Part shown: positions 35,801 through 44,600 of the stretch, piece after piece
Layout of the letters: the number at the start of each line of letters is the position of its first letter
Position numbering within the stretch: the first letter of the stretch is position 1
Assembly (NCBI GenBank): GCA_964199315.1
Contig: OZ116700.1
Coordinates: forward strand, 34,410,001 to 34,474,000
Source: Orbicella franksi
Lineage: Eukaryota
DNA: 64,000 nt
Direction of reading: 5' to 3'
The notes under the pieces: model-generated
What the model saw: only the letters and a program-made list of their open reading frames with translations
Told to the model about the DNA's origin: nothing
Database searches by the model: none
Position numbers and translations under genes: made by a program

Positions 35801-36243
35801 CCGGATATTGGCATTTAACTGAGGGTCCAGGCTTCCGCATACCAAACATCCGAGCATTCCTGGAGGTCTTCGGGGCGCGTGCATGCAAGCTCTTGAAACT
35901 CGCTTTCATGTTGCGAGAGGATGACACTGAGGACGGGTCCAGTGAGTCACGTGTTCCGGTGAAGATCGTCTTGGGTGACGCAAAGTTTCGTGACATCCTC
36001 ATCACGGACATCCAAGATTTGCTAGAACACTACTTCGTGGAATTTCCTGAACTGAAGAATAGCTACATGGGTTTCATGCAAGAGGATTTAGACTTCATGC
36101 AGAGCTACCAAGGAGTCAGCCGTGGTAAGACCTGCAAACTGCTGGAGATCTCACCGGATTGGTGGAGACTGGGTCCGCTTGTCTGCACTTACAACAACCG
36201 GACCAATGAACATCTCTGGCTCTGTGAGAAGCATGCGCTGTAA
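32125..36243 (+). CDS. Single-exon 1372-aa Roco protein: Cdc42-like pseudo-GTPase, 2 ankyrin repeats, LRRs, ROC, COR and Cys/His-rich C-terminus (MFHAS1/MASL1-like core, no kinase)
   Basis: Uninterrupted 4119-nt ORF. aa1-240 Rho-like (MRTVKCVLVGD; [11 protein letters not shown]; KWIPEI; PFILVGTQ; AVKYLE). aa254-314 ankyrin (DKDGFTLLHRAA; DVNAKDKDLQTALDIAV). aa~390-545 LRR (LRLSGNKIRKLP; LDFTHNKLEKL). ROC from aa571 (GGSKVGKST, TDGV, DLAG, THAD, EVSC). COR-like YFHSQGEILWY and FIDPSWL. Confidence 0.9.
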   Translation: MRTVKCVLVGDENVDKRELFIKYMSLLNSEVETATETEEHENPNTANQLHCNESTDVFENGDVAHVNNREGSDGEGIHNSHPNFRVIHHRDSENASVSSVDQDSIDQWSGTVTVAGKHYFLDLRDAHCQEAFDSIRPEAYNDTDVFLVCFSVVRSSSWENALNKWIPEIQHYRPVTPFILVGTQTEWRDLWDEKDTSKKPVFSVTGTGYAQQVGAVKYLEFATGDNHVREILNAAVLVSIMDRMALSTFHPDFDKDGFTLLHRAAKLNHIPSLEALVDSIDVNAKDKDLQTALDIAVKENNLNAIRFLLESGCEFPNPPDSWKKCCEFWVSDEGEDSERVVNSDIAEFTRQLTFFYTTASPRPLARILLIGQNGTDVAKFVNETVPILPVRSLTIVNSEGPALFDFSRVQSSLESLTMTNCDLGSAELPGTLYTVASLKSLSVIKSGVSRLSEQLGELKSMQRLRLSGNKIRKLPDTISRLQKLKFVHCDHNALDNLPDTLGCLGSLEGLDFTHNKLEKLSASLGLLTNLRNLWFERNRLKFPPAHILNKGTESILEFLSDFLDDPVANNQIKMVLVGGSKVGKSTLVKALSHSKDWRISGVGPISKTDGVQISSMNLMRSKLKVFDLAGDEALFSSHHFFLSENTLYQVVFDMSAYTVSKTSLQINQLGRLELWLQVIFSRAPNSHVLLVGTHADDPKITDDIRTRIRRDIEALLSKYRREHRRQFEGEAVPQCGLCEGTLISEGSATGSFYVQDQGPPHAPGLAPEPCIPHVVGYYEVSCQGQFPKNFLSSKNRSLQKFKVGVGSSAHILLSTKVSSRIPQKCLYVRDRIHEMCNAENELKNWPLLTYDRLREIAHGCGVKQDFKLKALMTYFHSQGEILWYEDMPGVGDVIFIDPSWLSKQMCLLVGSPSGASSGLDGILRIDNLAKTWPDVPEGQRFSMLTLFRDLGLCFPLSETEDVVPFQLPIGRPDEDTWPGQPSEDQRQISCEFHFSFLPPTFFSDLTVAINRRELPNSFDVEPTFYRFHMVFATTSIARMGCSLHCNEISAHPLAENLNVHCVSIEGVPCENKLKVIIRGKFPCCILPDVRAAIKTVVDTRYPGIRYIRRIVCSACELAAFKNPALLKELVSDGSNCCSWGHILGTEAEIVAGDLPVDPVPSELPVKGAIRSGVFFGEAGQILDDCYCPRLPAVFPIGFHSAPFKKRLRVNSPIKDGYSVHFLCECPGYWHLTEGPGFRIPNIRAFLEVFGARACKLLKLAFMLREDDTEDGSSESRVPVKIVLGDAKFRDILITDIQDLLEHYFVEFPELKNSYMGFMQEDLDFMQSYQGVSRGKTCKLLEISPDWWRLGPLVCTYNNRTNEHLWLCEKHAL

Positions 36244-36721
36244 GACGAGTTGCATGGACACTTGAAAGGAACAAGTCACGCTACCACACCTTTTATCGGG
36301 CCGCGACTCTGTTTAAATTAATCTTAAATTTGAACGCCATGAATAGCTTAAATAGTTTATATGTGGCCGTTGTTTTTTATCTACTTCAAGGAATATAGAT
36401 ATTCGTAGATGTAACAACTAATGCCAAAGTTTCCAACACGAGGTTCTAAACGGTGACTCTATTTAACAGAGTAGTAAACTTTATAAAGTCACCTGAAAAA
36501 GGGACGATTCTTCCCCGTTACCATAGTCTTTTTTGATAACGTTTTTCAGTTTTTTGTAAATACAAACGTCAACCAGGTCTCCTAGGAACCTCAAAGGAAA
36601 CTTAAAATTCAATAAACACACTATTAGCACTATTAGCACTATTAGCACTGTAGTCACACTATTAGCACGAGCAATTAGCTTTTTCTTTTATTACTCTCGC
36701 TGCATTATTAAGAGGATATTC

Positions 36722-36845
36722 ACGAGTTACCTTCCGCCCTGTGTCAAAGTGAGTCTTCGTGCAAGACTATTCATATCAAACTGTGTTTCATCTGTGTTCA
36801 TTTTACATGAGGACTCGTTTTGAAACAGAGGCAAAAGGCTCTCAT
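36722..36845. mobile_element. Short MITE remnant (GTGTCAAAGTGAGTC...GACTCGTTTTGAAACAGAGGC)
   Basis: Imperfect inverted ends; no ORF. Confidence 0.5.
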
Positions 36846-37291
36846 AGTCGCGGAAATAAGAGCGACCCGCTTAAATATCGCGGACGCAGACATTCCGAAA
36901 AGGTGCATCCCGCTCCGCTCCCTCCGATATTGAATTATTATTCCATCATTGAATTATTATTATTATTATTATACCAAGAATGTTGTCCAGATGAAATGAA
37001 GCTGTATCGTCAACGGTGACGATAGAGGGTATATTTTTCAAAAATTGAATTTGCAAATCGAGTGAGAATTTTGAGCTCATTTTTACGGGTTGAATTTGTA
37101 ATATATTGTTTTTGCAAATATGTTAGTTTTTTAACAAAACGTATTCTTGTAAAGACTTTTGTTTAATACTGAATATTCAGAAATTTCTAGTCATTGTGGA
37201 ATTGTGGGTCAGACAATAGCTTGCAACAATTGATTGCGATTTTTTGAAGTGGTTTGTGGTGTGATTTATGACTTTTATACTTCCCTTCATT

Positions 37292-37479
37292 AATAGGCCA
37301 CGCTCGATATATCAATGTTCTAACATGGCTACGAGGCTTTCAGGACAAACATGATATTTGGTGGTATTTTATATGTATCCATATCTCTTTTGGGAATTGT
37401 GAGACTATAGAAACTTGCAATTTTGACCCGAAAGCCTCGGATCCATGTTAGAATATTGATATATCGAACATGGCCTATT
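37292..37479. mobile_element. MITE with ~37-bp TIRs (AATAGGCC...GGCCTATT)
   Basis: AATAGGCCACGCTCGATATATCAATGTTCTAACATGG is inverted to CCATGTTAGAATATTGATATATCGAACATGGCCTATT. Confidence 0.85.
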
Positions 37480-38847
37480 GTTAAATGGGCAAACATGGTG
37501 TTTTATGACGCCAATTAAGGACAAAGCAAACCCCGGGAGCGAAGTTGAGCTTAAGCCATTTTCCTGCGGTGTGCACGAGTGGCAAATTGTACAGTGCCTC
37601 GAACTCCATATGTAGCCGGCTATAAATCCATTTTTCATTATTCCATTCTTGTCACAGCAGTCATTCGCCCCTGTAGCTTGATTTGAACTGAGTTATTGAA
37701 ACTGACGTGGTATGCTTCAACCTTACCCTGCCACCCTTCAAAGCGCGCTTTTTCACTTTGCTCTGACGTGAGGTGTATTCTGACCAATGAGAACAGAGAT
37801 TTGTCTTTCAACAAGAATCACGGCGAACCCTATTTTAGCCTGAAACTAAACGTTTTCCCGCGCTACCTGTGTAGCACGTGATAACGCGATACAGAAGGTT
37901 TTGCCTGAAATCTAACAGCTAAATTCATTCCCGCAATTTTTCTGTTCTTCAGTGCAATTCTAATCTGGGAAAACATCCCATAACAGAAATATATCACAGG
38001 TACAAAAATCCTTATTTACAATAACAACGTAAAATCCTGCGTAGAAAAATCTATATTTCACCCAAGTTACTCTAAAAAGATTCTTAGTCCTTATATGTAA
38101 TTGCTGCCTACTGAGACTGTAGGATATTTAGGTTCTTATTTCATAAGAAGAAAACGTGTTTGCTTTTGCTGCAACAAGTCTACATGGGTGTTGCCTTTCT
38201 TCCCCCTTATGTGAACCGAATATGTAGTCGGGCTTGCCATAGGAATTCTAGTTTATGTTTTGTATTCGTGGTTTTGGTTCGTATTTTTAAACCAGTCACG
38301 GTTTTAATTTTTAGGCTCAACAGGTTCCTAAAAATGAGGTTTCGCACGCTAAAATTGTAGCCTAAGGGTTTCGTATCATAAGGTTTTAACAAAACTTTAG
38401 CTCTAAGTCAGCACTTAAAGAAGCTTTCGTATCGAAGAAATCCATTTATCTTTCAAAGAAAAGTCAAAATGTCACCTTGAGTCACAGCCAATCTGTAAAA
38501 GAATCACGTCAAAGGGGATTCAAGCAAAATTAAGTGACTAATCGGCATAAAGAATGTTGCTGGTTATATAACCATAACTAAGATTAAATATATTGCAATT
38601 ATTTTCCAGCGGCTGCAAATATTCACAGTTTTCACAAATAGCTCACGACAAAGTGATTCATGTCTTTCCATTTGTTGGTGGCCTCAGTCAAAAATTCCCT
38701 TACCGCACGCCCGTGCGTAATGTATCCCATGGGACACGATCTTAATTGCTGATTCACTATGCAAAAAGTCTTTAAGTATTCTATGACCCGGGAATTCTGG
38801 AAACTTCAGTTTGAACACAGTTTGAAGCTTGTCCAAAGTGAACAGAA

Positions 38848-39708
38848 ATGAAAATGAGAATGGTAACCCGAGAACCAGTTGAAGTGATACCAAGGGTGGA
38901 TGTCAAGGATGTTAAAGTTATACGCCTCTTGGGGGCTGGCGGGTTCGGTTCCGTCTTCGAAGCTATGCACAACAATTGCAAAGTAGCCCTAAAGAAATTT
39001 CACACCAACACTCGCAATAAGAAAGCTGCGATGCAGAGCTTTGAGGCCGAGATGCATCACGAAGTCTTGTCTCTCAAGCATCCTCACATCGTCCGTGTTT
39101 TGGCAGCGAACACCGCAAAAACCTTGGAAGACCAGCCTTGTATCATCATGGAGTTTGTAAGCACCAGAAACCTTCAGCATGTTCTTGACGACGCCGACGA
39201 AAAGATCGATTTTAAACGACGCGTTCGGTTTGCATATGAGGTGGCTCTGGCGCTGGAATATGTGCATAGCAATAACATCGCACATCTCGACTTGAAACCT
39301 GCCAACGTTCTGATTGCGCAGGATGATAGCTGCAAACTCGCCGACTTCGGGTGTTGTCAGATCATCCAGGAACGACCCAACACCCCCTCCAGATCGTACC
39401 TCACCGGAACTTTTGCCTACCGGGCACCGGAGCTTCTTAAAGGAGAAAGCCCAACTTTCAAGGCTGATGTTTTTTCACTCGGGATCTGCTTGTGGCAATT
39501 CTGGACGCGAGAAATTCCGTACAAGTTGCAAAATCACCAGATTGTGATCTTTCAAGTTGTAGCCTGCAATTTGCGTCCGCCGATCCCCAAGGGGAATGAC
39601 GTCGACAACCGGTACAGGGAACTGATAACGTCATCGTGGTCCGGTAACCCTAGTGACCGTCCTTGCATGCCAGAAGTCGTGAACTTGTTGAAGAGTCTCC
39701 GTCCTTGA
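38848..39708 (+). CDS. MOS: Mos serine/threonine kinase (MAPKKK), intronless, 286 aa
   Basis: LGAGGFGSV, VALKK, HLDLKPAN (HLD rather than HRD), DFGC, GTFAYRAPELLKGE, KADVFSLGICLWQ..REIPY form the Mos signature set; lack of introns is typical of Mos genes. Confidence 0.92.
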   Translation: MKMRMVTREPVEVIPRVDVKDVKVIRLLGAGGFGSVFEAMHNNCKVALKKFHTNTRNKKAAMQSFEAEMHHEVLSLKHPHIVRVLAANTAKTLEDQPCIIMEFVSTRNLQHVLDDADEKIDFKRRVRFAYEVALALEYVHSNNIAHLDLKPANVLIAQDDSCKLADFGCCQIIQERPNTPSRSYLTGTFAYRAPELLKGESPTFKADVFSLGICLWQFWTREIPYKLQNHQIVIFQVVACNLRPPIPKGNDVDNRYRELITSSWSGNPSDRPCMPEVVNLLKSLRP

Positions 39709-41224
39709 CGCGATATTTACTTTACTGGACAATTTTACTAAATATACCGAGTGCTGGTCACTTGGTTAGTTAAATTTAAGTCGGTTAGAAGTATTACACA
39801 CAAAAATATATTATATTTATAGATATTTATTTTGAATTTATAAACAGAGGAGAATTATTTATAAGATATATTTTATTATAGAGTATAGTATTAATTACCC
39901 GAGAAATTATTTTAGTTATATTTTTGTGAAACGTCGATTAGGGATAGTTGACACCATTGTTATATCAGCAAATTATTATAATCGAGTTAAAATGTAATTA
40001 TTCTAAATCAGCTTTCCTATATAATTCATGTGTAGAGATTAATGTAATTTCAACGAAGATTTGTTTCCCTTTTCTAAACCTCACATCACGTGCGTCTTTT
40101 AACCTAGCACTAAAAACTTGCAAAAGTAAATTTTCTGACATCATCATGGAAACATCATGAAGAAAAGAAAGGTGCTTAAAGCCAAAATAAAGGCAAGCGC
40201 CTGCATATTTCTGTTCTCGTGACAACATCAACCTCTTATAGCTTGCTGCTGATTGGCCGAAATTAGTGGGACGTTTGGGCCACAGTTCAGCACAAGGGCG
40301 GATTCAGGATTTCTCAAGGGGGGGGAAGGGGTGGCTGGTACGTTGGGGGTTGCAGAATCAACAGGACATGTCTAGAAAATGTTGCTATTTGAGAATTGGT
40401 GCCTATAATTTAAAACTGTCGCACCAGAAATACTGGCAATGCCACAAAGTAGAAATTACAATGACGTACCTTTCCAGAGTGTTTTCCTTTATTTCTGTCA
40501 TAATGTTCACAATCTTTTTTTGCTTCTTGAAAAGGGGGATATCTAGCCAACCAATCTACCCTCTCCTTCCCACCTAAAACCACCCATGCAGGAGCCGGAT
40601 GTAAGAGCAGACATGGACCGAACACACTGTAAACACGTGACAAAAAAGTCCAAAGATTTCATAATCCGGCTCGACCACCTTAATTGCTAACGGTTTTTGA
40701 GCTTTGAGCTTTTTTTGTTTGGGTTATTGTAAAACGTATTTATAAATAAAATACTCGAGACATAAGCTTATCTCATTTAAAGAGTACTGCGTGAGATCGA
40801 GAGGAAACAATCAGGTTTCGGGAGCAATCAGACAGCATTTTGTTTTTAATATAGCTTTTTCTAACAATTTTTGTTTTTATACAGCGTGGCAAACTGTCCT
40901 GATAACCATTGACGTGATCGATGTACATGTAACTTTTCTCAATCGAGGAACAGGCGGAAGGTGCTATCACTTTCTGTTCCCAGGTCTGCAATGGGCATAA
41001 CCTCACGTAACATAAAATTCTTGAAGGGCACAAAACATCATTATAACCCAATCACGTTTAGCCTAATCACGTTTTCTAACACCCCTCTTCAGCAGAGGCG
41101 GAAGAAATTGTATAAGCTGATATTATTCCACACGAAAAGGAAACGAACTTACGCTTCTAAATCTTTTGTCGTCAGGCGTTCAGACTTTTGCCTCAGTAAA
41201 AGCTGGGTAGGAATCTTTTGTGCG

Positions 41225-41400
41225 TGGTGATTGGATAATTTGCGTATGACGTAATGACCTCGGAAGACAAAGAACCTTGTCGATTTCGTCGTGTTCACGC
41301 GCGTGAATAGTCTCTCTTTGGAGCACTAGATCAGTGCTTCTTTACTCAGCCATTTGGCTCCAAAGCCACTGTTATCCTTGTTTTCTTTGGCCGCCATTCT
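41225..41400 (+). promoter_or_regulatory. Putative vigilin promoter
   Basis: ATTGG at 41230-41234, CRE-like TGACGTAA at 41247-41254, reverse YY1-like GCCGCCATT at 41390-41398, upstream of the first coding exon. Confidence 0.45.
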
Positions 41401-41656
41401 GGCTTGCTAACCCAGGAATCAATCCCGGGACTGATTTTATCGGAAACAGTCACCATTGCCCAGCAGGTTAGACAGTGCTAGTGGAATTTTTTCGCGTTGA
41501 GAAATTAACCTTCGATTTGCCACGAGTTTGTAGTGAATTAAAATACAAGCGTGAGTTTTTCCTTCCAGTTTAGATGTTAATAGCTGTTGTTTCTTTTGTG
41601 TTTTTCTACAGTGGGACTGTAGATCCTGACCGGCCAACGGACCAGATTTCAAGAAT

Positions 41657-44600
41657 ATGGACAAGATTAATGGGCCGCCTGGAACTGGCGAAAGCCACGG
41701 GCAAGAAATCCTTCAAGGGTCTATATACAGCGATGGAGGGTACATCCCACAAGAAGATTTGAATAACCACTTCGAAGAAGACGAAGGATTGGACTTGGAA
41801 GGATACCAGCCAACGTATGCTGAAGCGTTTCCTCCTCTACCCAGCGCCCATGTGCAAAATTCGACTCAAAACGACACTGGATCAAAATGGCGAACAGCAA
41901 CAGGACCAATTCGTTCGACCACTGTGACACAGGTATAACTGGAATTTATAAAAGGCAAAAAGGAAATTAACACAGTCATGGTTCCGTAAACGATCTTAAA
42001 CTCAATTTTTCCATAGTGTGGTTTGTTTCATTTACAAATTTGTTTGGTGTGTGTGCTGTTTAGAAGGCCTTTCTGGAGTAAGCTTCGCGCGTGAAAATTG
42101 ATACAACTATAAGTTTATTCAAGGTCGGCTTTGTGTCTTTCTCTTTGTCCACGGCCACCGAATTATCTCTTATTTTCTTCTGAGTTACATAACATTTAAA
42201 AGTCGAAGAAATAAAACTTATGGGTCATGTAGGCATATTATAGCCTTTATAAGTGACTTAAGGAACGTTTCTATTTTAGACAATTAAATTTTGCGTTGGT
42301 GTTTGCATGGCCACGTTTACATGTCTCCGATAGGCCGTGATTCTTGTTGATGTGCAAAAGAATTGTTCCACCAAAGAATTCCTATAAATAGTATCAAAGA
42401 AAGCGTGTTGTTTGTGTATTTAGACGTTTTTCCCTCGATTTTTTTAACAGGCTTAATATTTTTCTGCCCTATTCTGGACAGAAGCGAGTTTAGTTTTCAA
42501 CTATTCGAAACATCAATAATTCACGTGATATTTTCTTTAATTCCTGCTTTTACAGTTGGTAAAATGTTGACATTCTTTCATAACGCATCTTTCGAGTGGT
42601 AGAGTCATGGACTAGAGATTTCGGTTTTGCTTGTTGAACACAGAAAGGGGAAAAGCTATAAATATTTCTCGAACAGTCATTAAAGCAGTTACATTGTAAG
42701 TCGCACTTTCTGAATTCACTCAGAAGTTAATATCGTGTTTTATACAATATTCCAGTTAAACATCCATCTCGTGTCTTTCCATATCATTTGTAGTTTTTAA
42801 GTTCTTAACAGCTCTTATTAACCTTGCATTGAAAAAATTAAACTGACTCTCGTTACAAATTTGTAGTTTTCAAGTTCGTAGAACTCATTGTGATGAAAAT
42901 GGCCAATTTACATAGATGACAATTTGACGTCCGGATATATTGAATTTCTCCTGGTTTCAACGTGTCACACAAAACGGTCCCACGAGATATAGAAACAAAT
43001 GCCACTCTCGGCTAAAAACTTCATGAGTTTAACTTCTTTTCCCTTAAACCGTCCCGAATATTGTCAGTTTTTCAGTCTCGCTCAGAAAATAAATTTTGTG
43101 AGCAGTGTTGGTACCTTGTTTCCTTGTAACTGAAAAGATCAATTTCTTTACTAGCCGAGCGGTCGAGTTGGGAATTTTTTTTTTTTGCTTACTTCATTTA
43201 ATATGGTCGTTTTAAATAGCTGTGTTCAGTGTTTATTTCAATGCTTTTTTTTATTTTCTCTGAGAATAGTCAAATTTTTAGATGTACATGTATTCTTTTG
43301 AGTGGCTTGGTTTGGGATCATTGCAATTAATTTGCCACTTTATATCTGCAGTTTTGCTTTATAAAACATTTTCTTATTCCTGATGATAGGAAAAAAATAT
43401 TGTTGTTAGTATATCAGTCTTGTAGACAGATGGAAAATGATCCCAAATTAATCCATGAAAAAAAGGATCCCAAAATCAGGTACCATTGATGAAAGGTTGG
43501 TAATGTTAGTAACAGAGTGAAAATTAACATAAAAAAAGTTCTTTTTCAAAAGCACTAAACCAGGTGATTAAATAAGCAATACCATTAAATTTTTCCACAC
43601 TGGCTCAGTTTCCCAGGCAGCACATCGTAAATCTATTGTTCTGGTCATAGAATATTGTTGAAAAAAAAATTCTGAAAAAATACTGTACTGAAAAACTTCT
43701 TGAGTCGGTCTTGTTTTTTTCTATGGATCTTCATCATTTTTTTGCCCTGTAATTTTAATTAATTTCTAAATGTTCTCCTAATATGCTGCATCAAAGAGCA
43801 TTTGAGTGAACAAAGGTTCCATGATTTCCAAGGAGAGGCAATTGCTTTCAAGAATGTCTTTGGTTACTGTAACTAGCTTAAACCCCAGCGGTAATTTAAA
43901 ACTGTCTTCTCGTTGTCTTTCCATGATAACTTTTCTTCATATGTGTAACCGGAACCAAGCCTTTAGCATATCTTGAAAGTTTTCTCTTTCTTATCAGCCA
44001 AAGTCTCTGAGTTAGAATAGCAATTTTGTTAAAGTTAATATGGTTTTGATAGTGACTTAAGATTGAAGTTTATGAGATAAATAATTATTAGAGAACTTAA
44101 AATTCTAGAACCTGTGTAGTGCAAGCTGTGAAGTGCATTGAACAACACAAAAGGCATCAGGCATCTGTTTTGAGTTACTGAAATTACTGAATTGTATGTT
44201 CAAATTGAATTCACTGGGCAAGAAAAGCATCTGTAAAGTTGTTATAACAAAAGCTAAATAAAAAACAGTTGACCTAGACTGGGGTAGGTATAGAGAAGGA
44301 GCATGTACATGTTCTAAGAATTTCTATAAAACTACTTTGTTTTGTTGCAAATTTAAGTGAGATTTATTGCCTGCATGCCTCAACAATGATGTACTCAAAT
44401 GAAACTAGAACCCCTGATAGAACTAGTTGATACTGTTTTATCAGTGTTTTAATTGCATGTGATACTATTATGTAATCAAACCACATCAAAGCCCCCCCTC
44501 CTCCCCTCCCCCATCCCAGTCAGTGTTTTTTTTTTCCTGAGAACTAGCTAACGCATGCAATTCTTGTGCTATCCAAAACAACATTGAAAGAGGGTTGGGG

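Noticed and set aside
32125-36243. Calling the large ORF RhoBTB, LRRK1/2 or DAPK1, or a horizontal transfer
   Set aside because: No BTB, kinase, WD40 or death domain is seen. Single-exon structure and higher GC are shared with the host Mos gene, and the N-terminus resembles host Cdc42.
36619-36668. (ACTATTAGC)n short tandem repeat after the Roco gene
   Set aside because: Simple 9-bp slippage repeat with no evidence of function.
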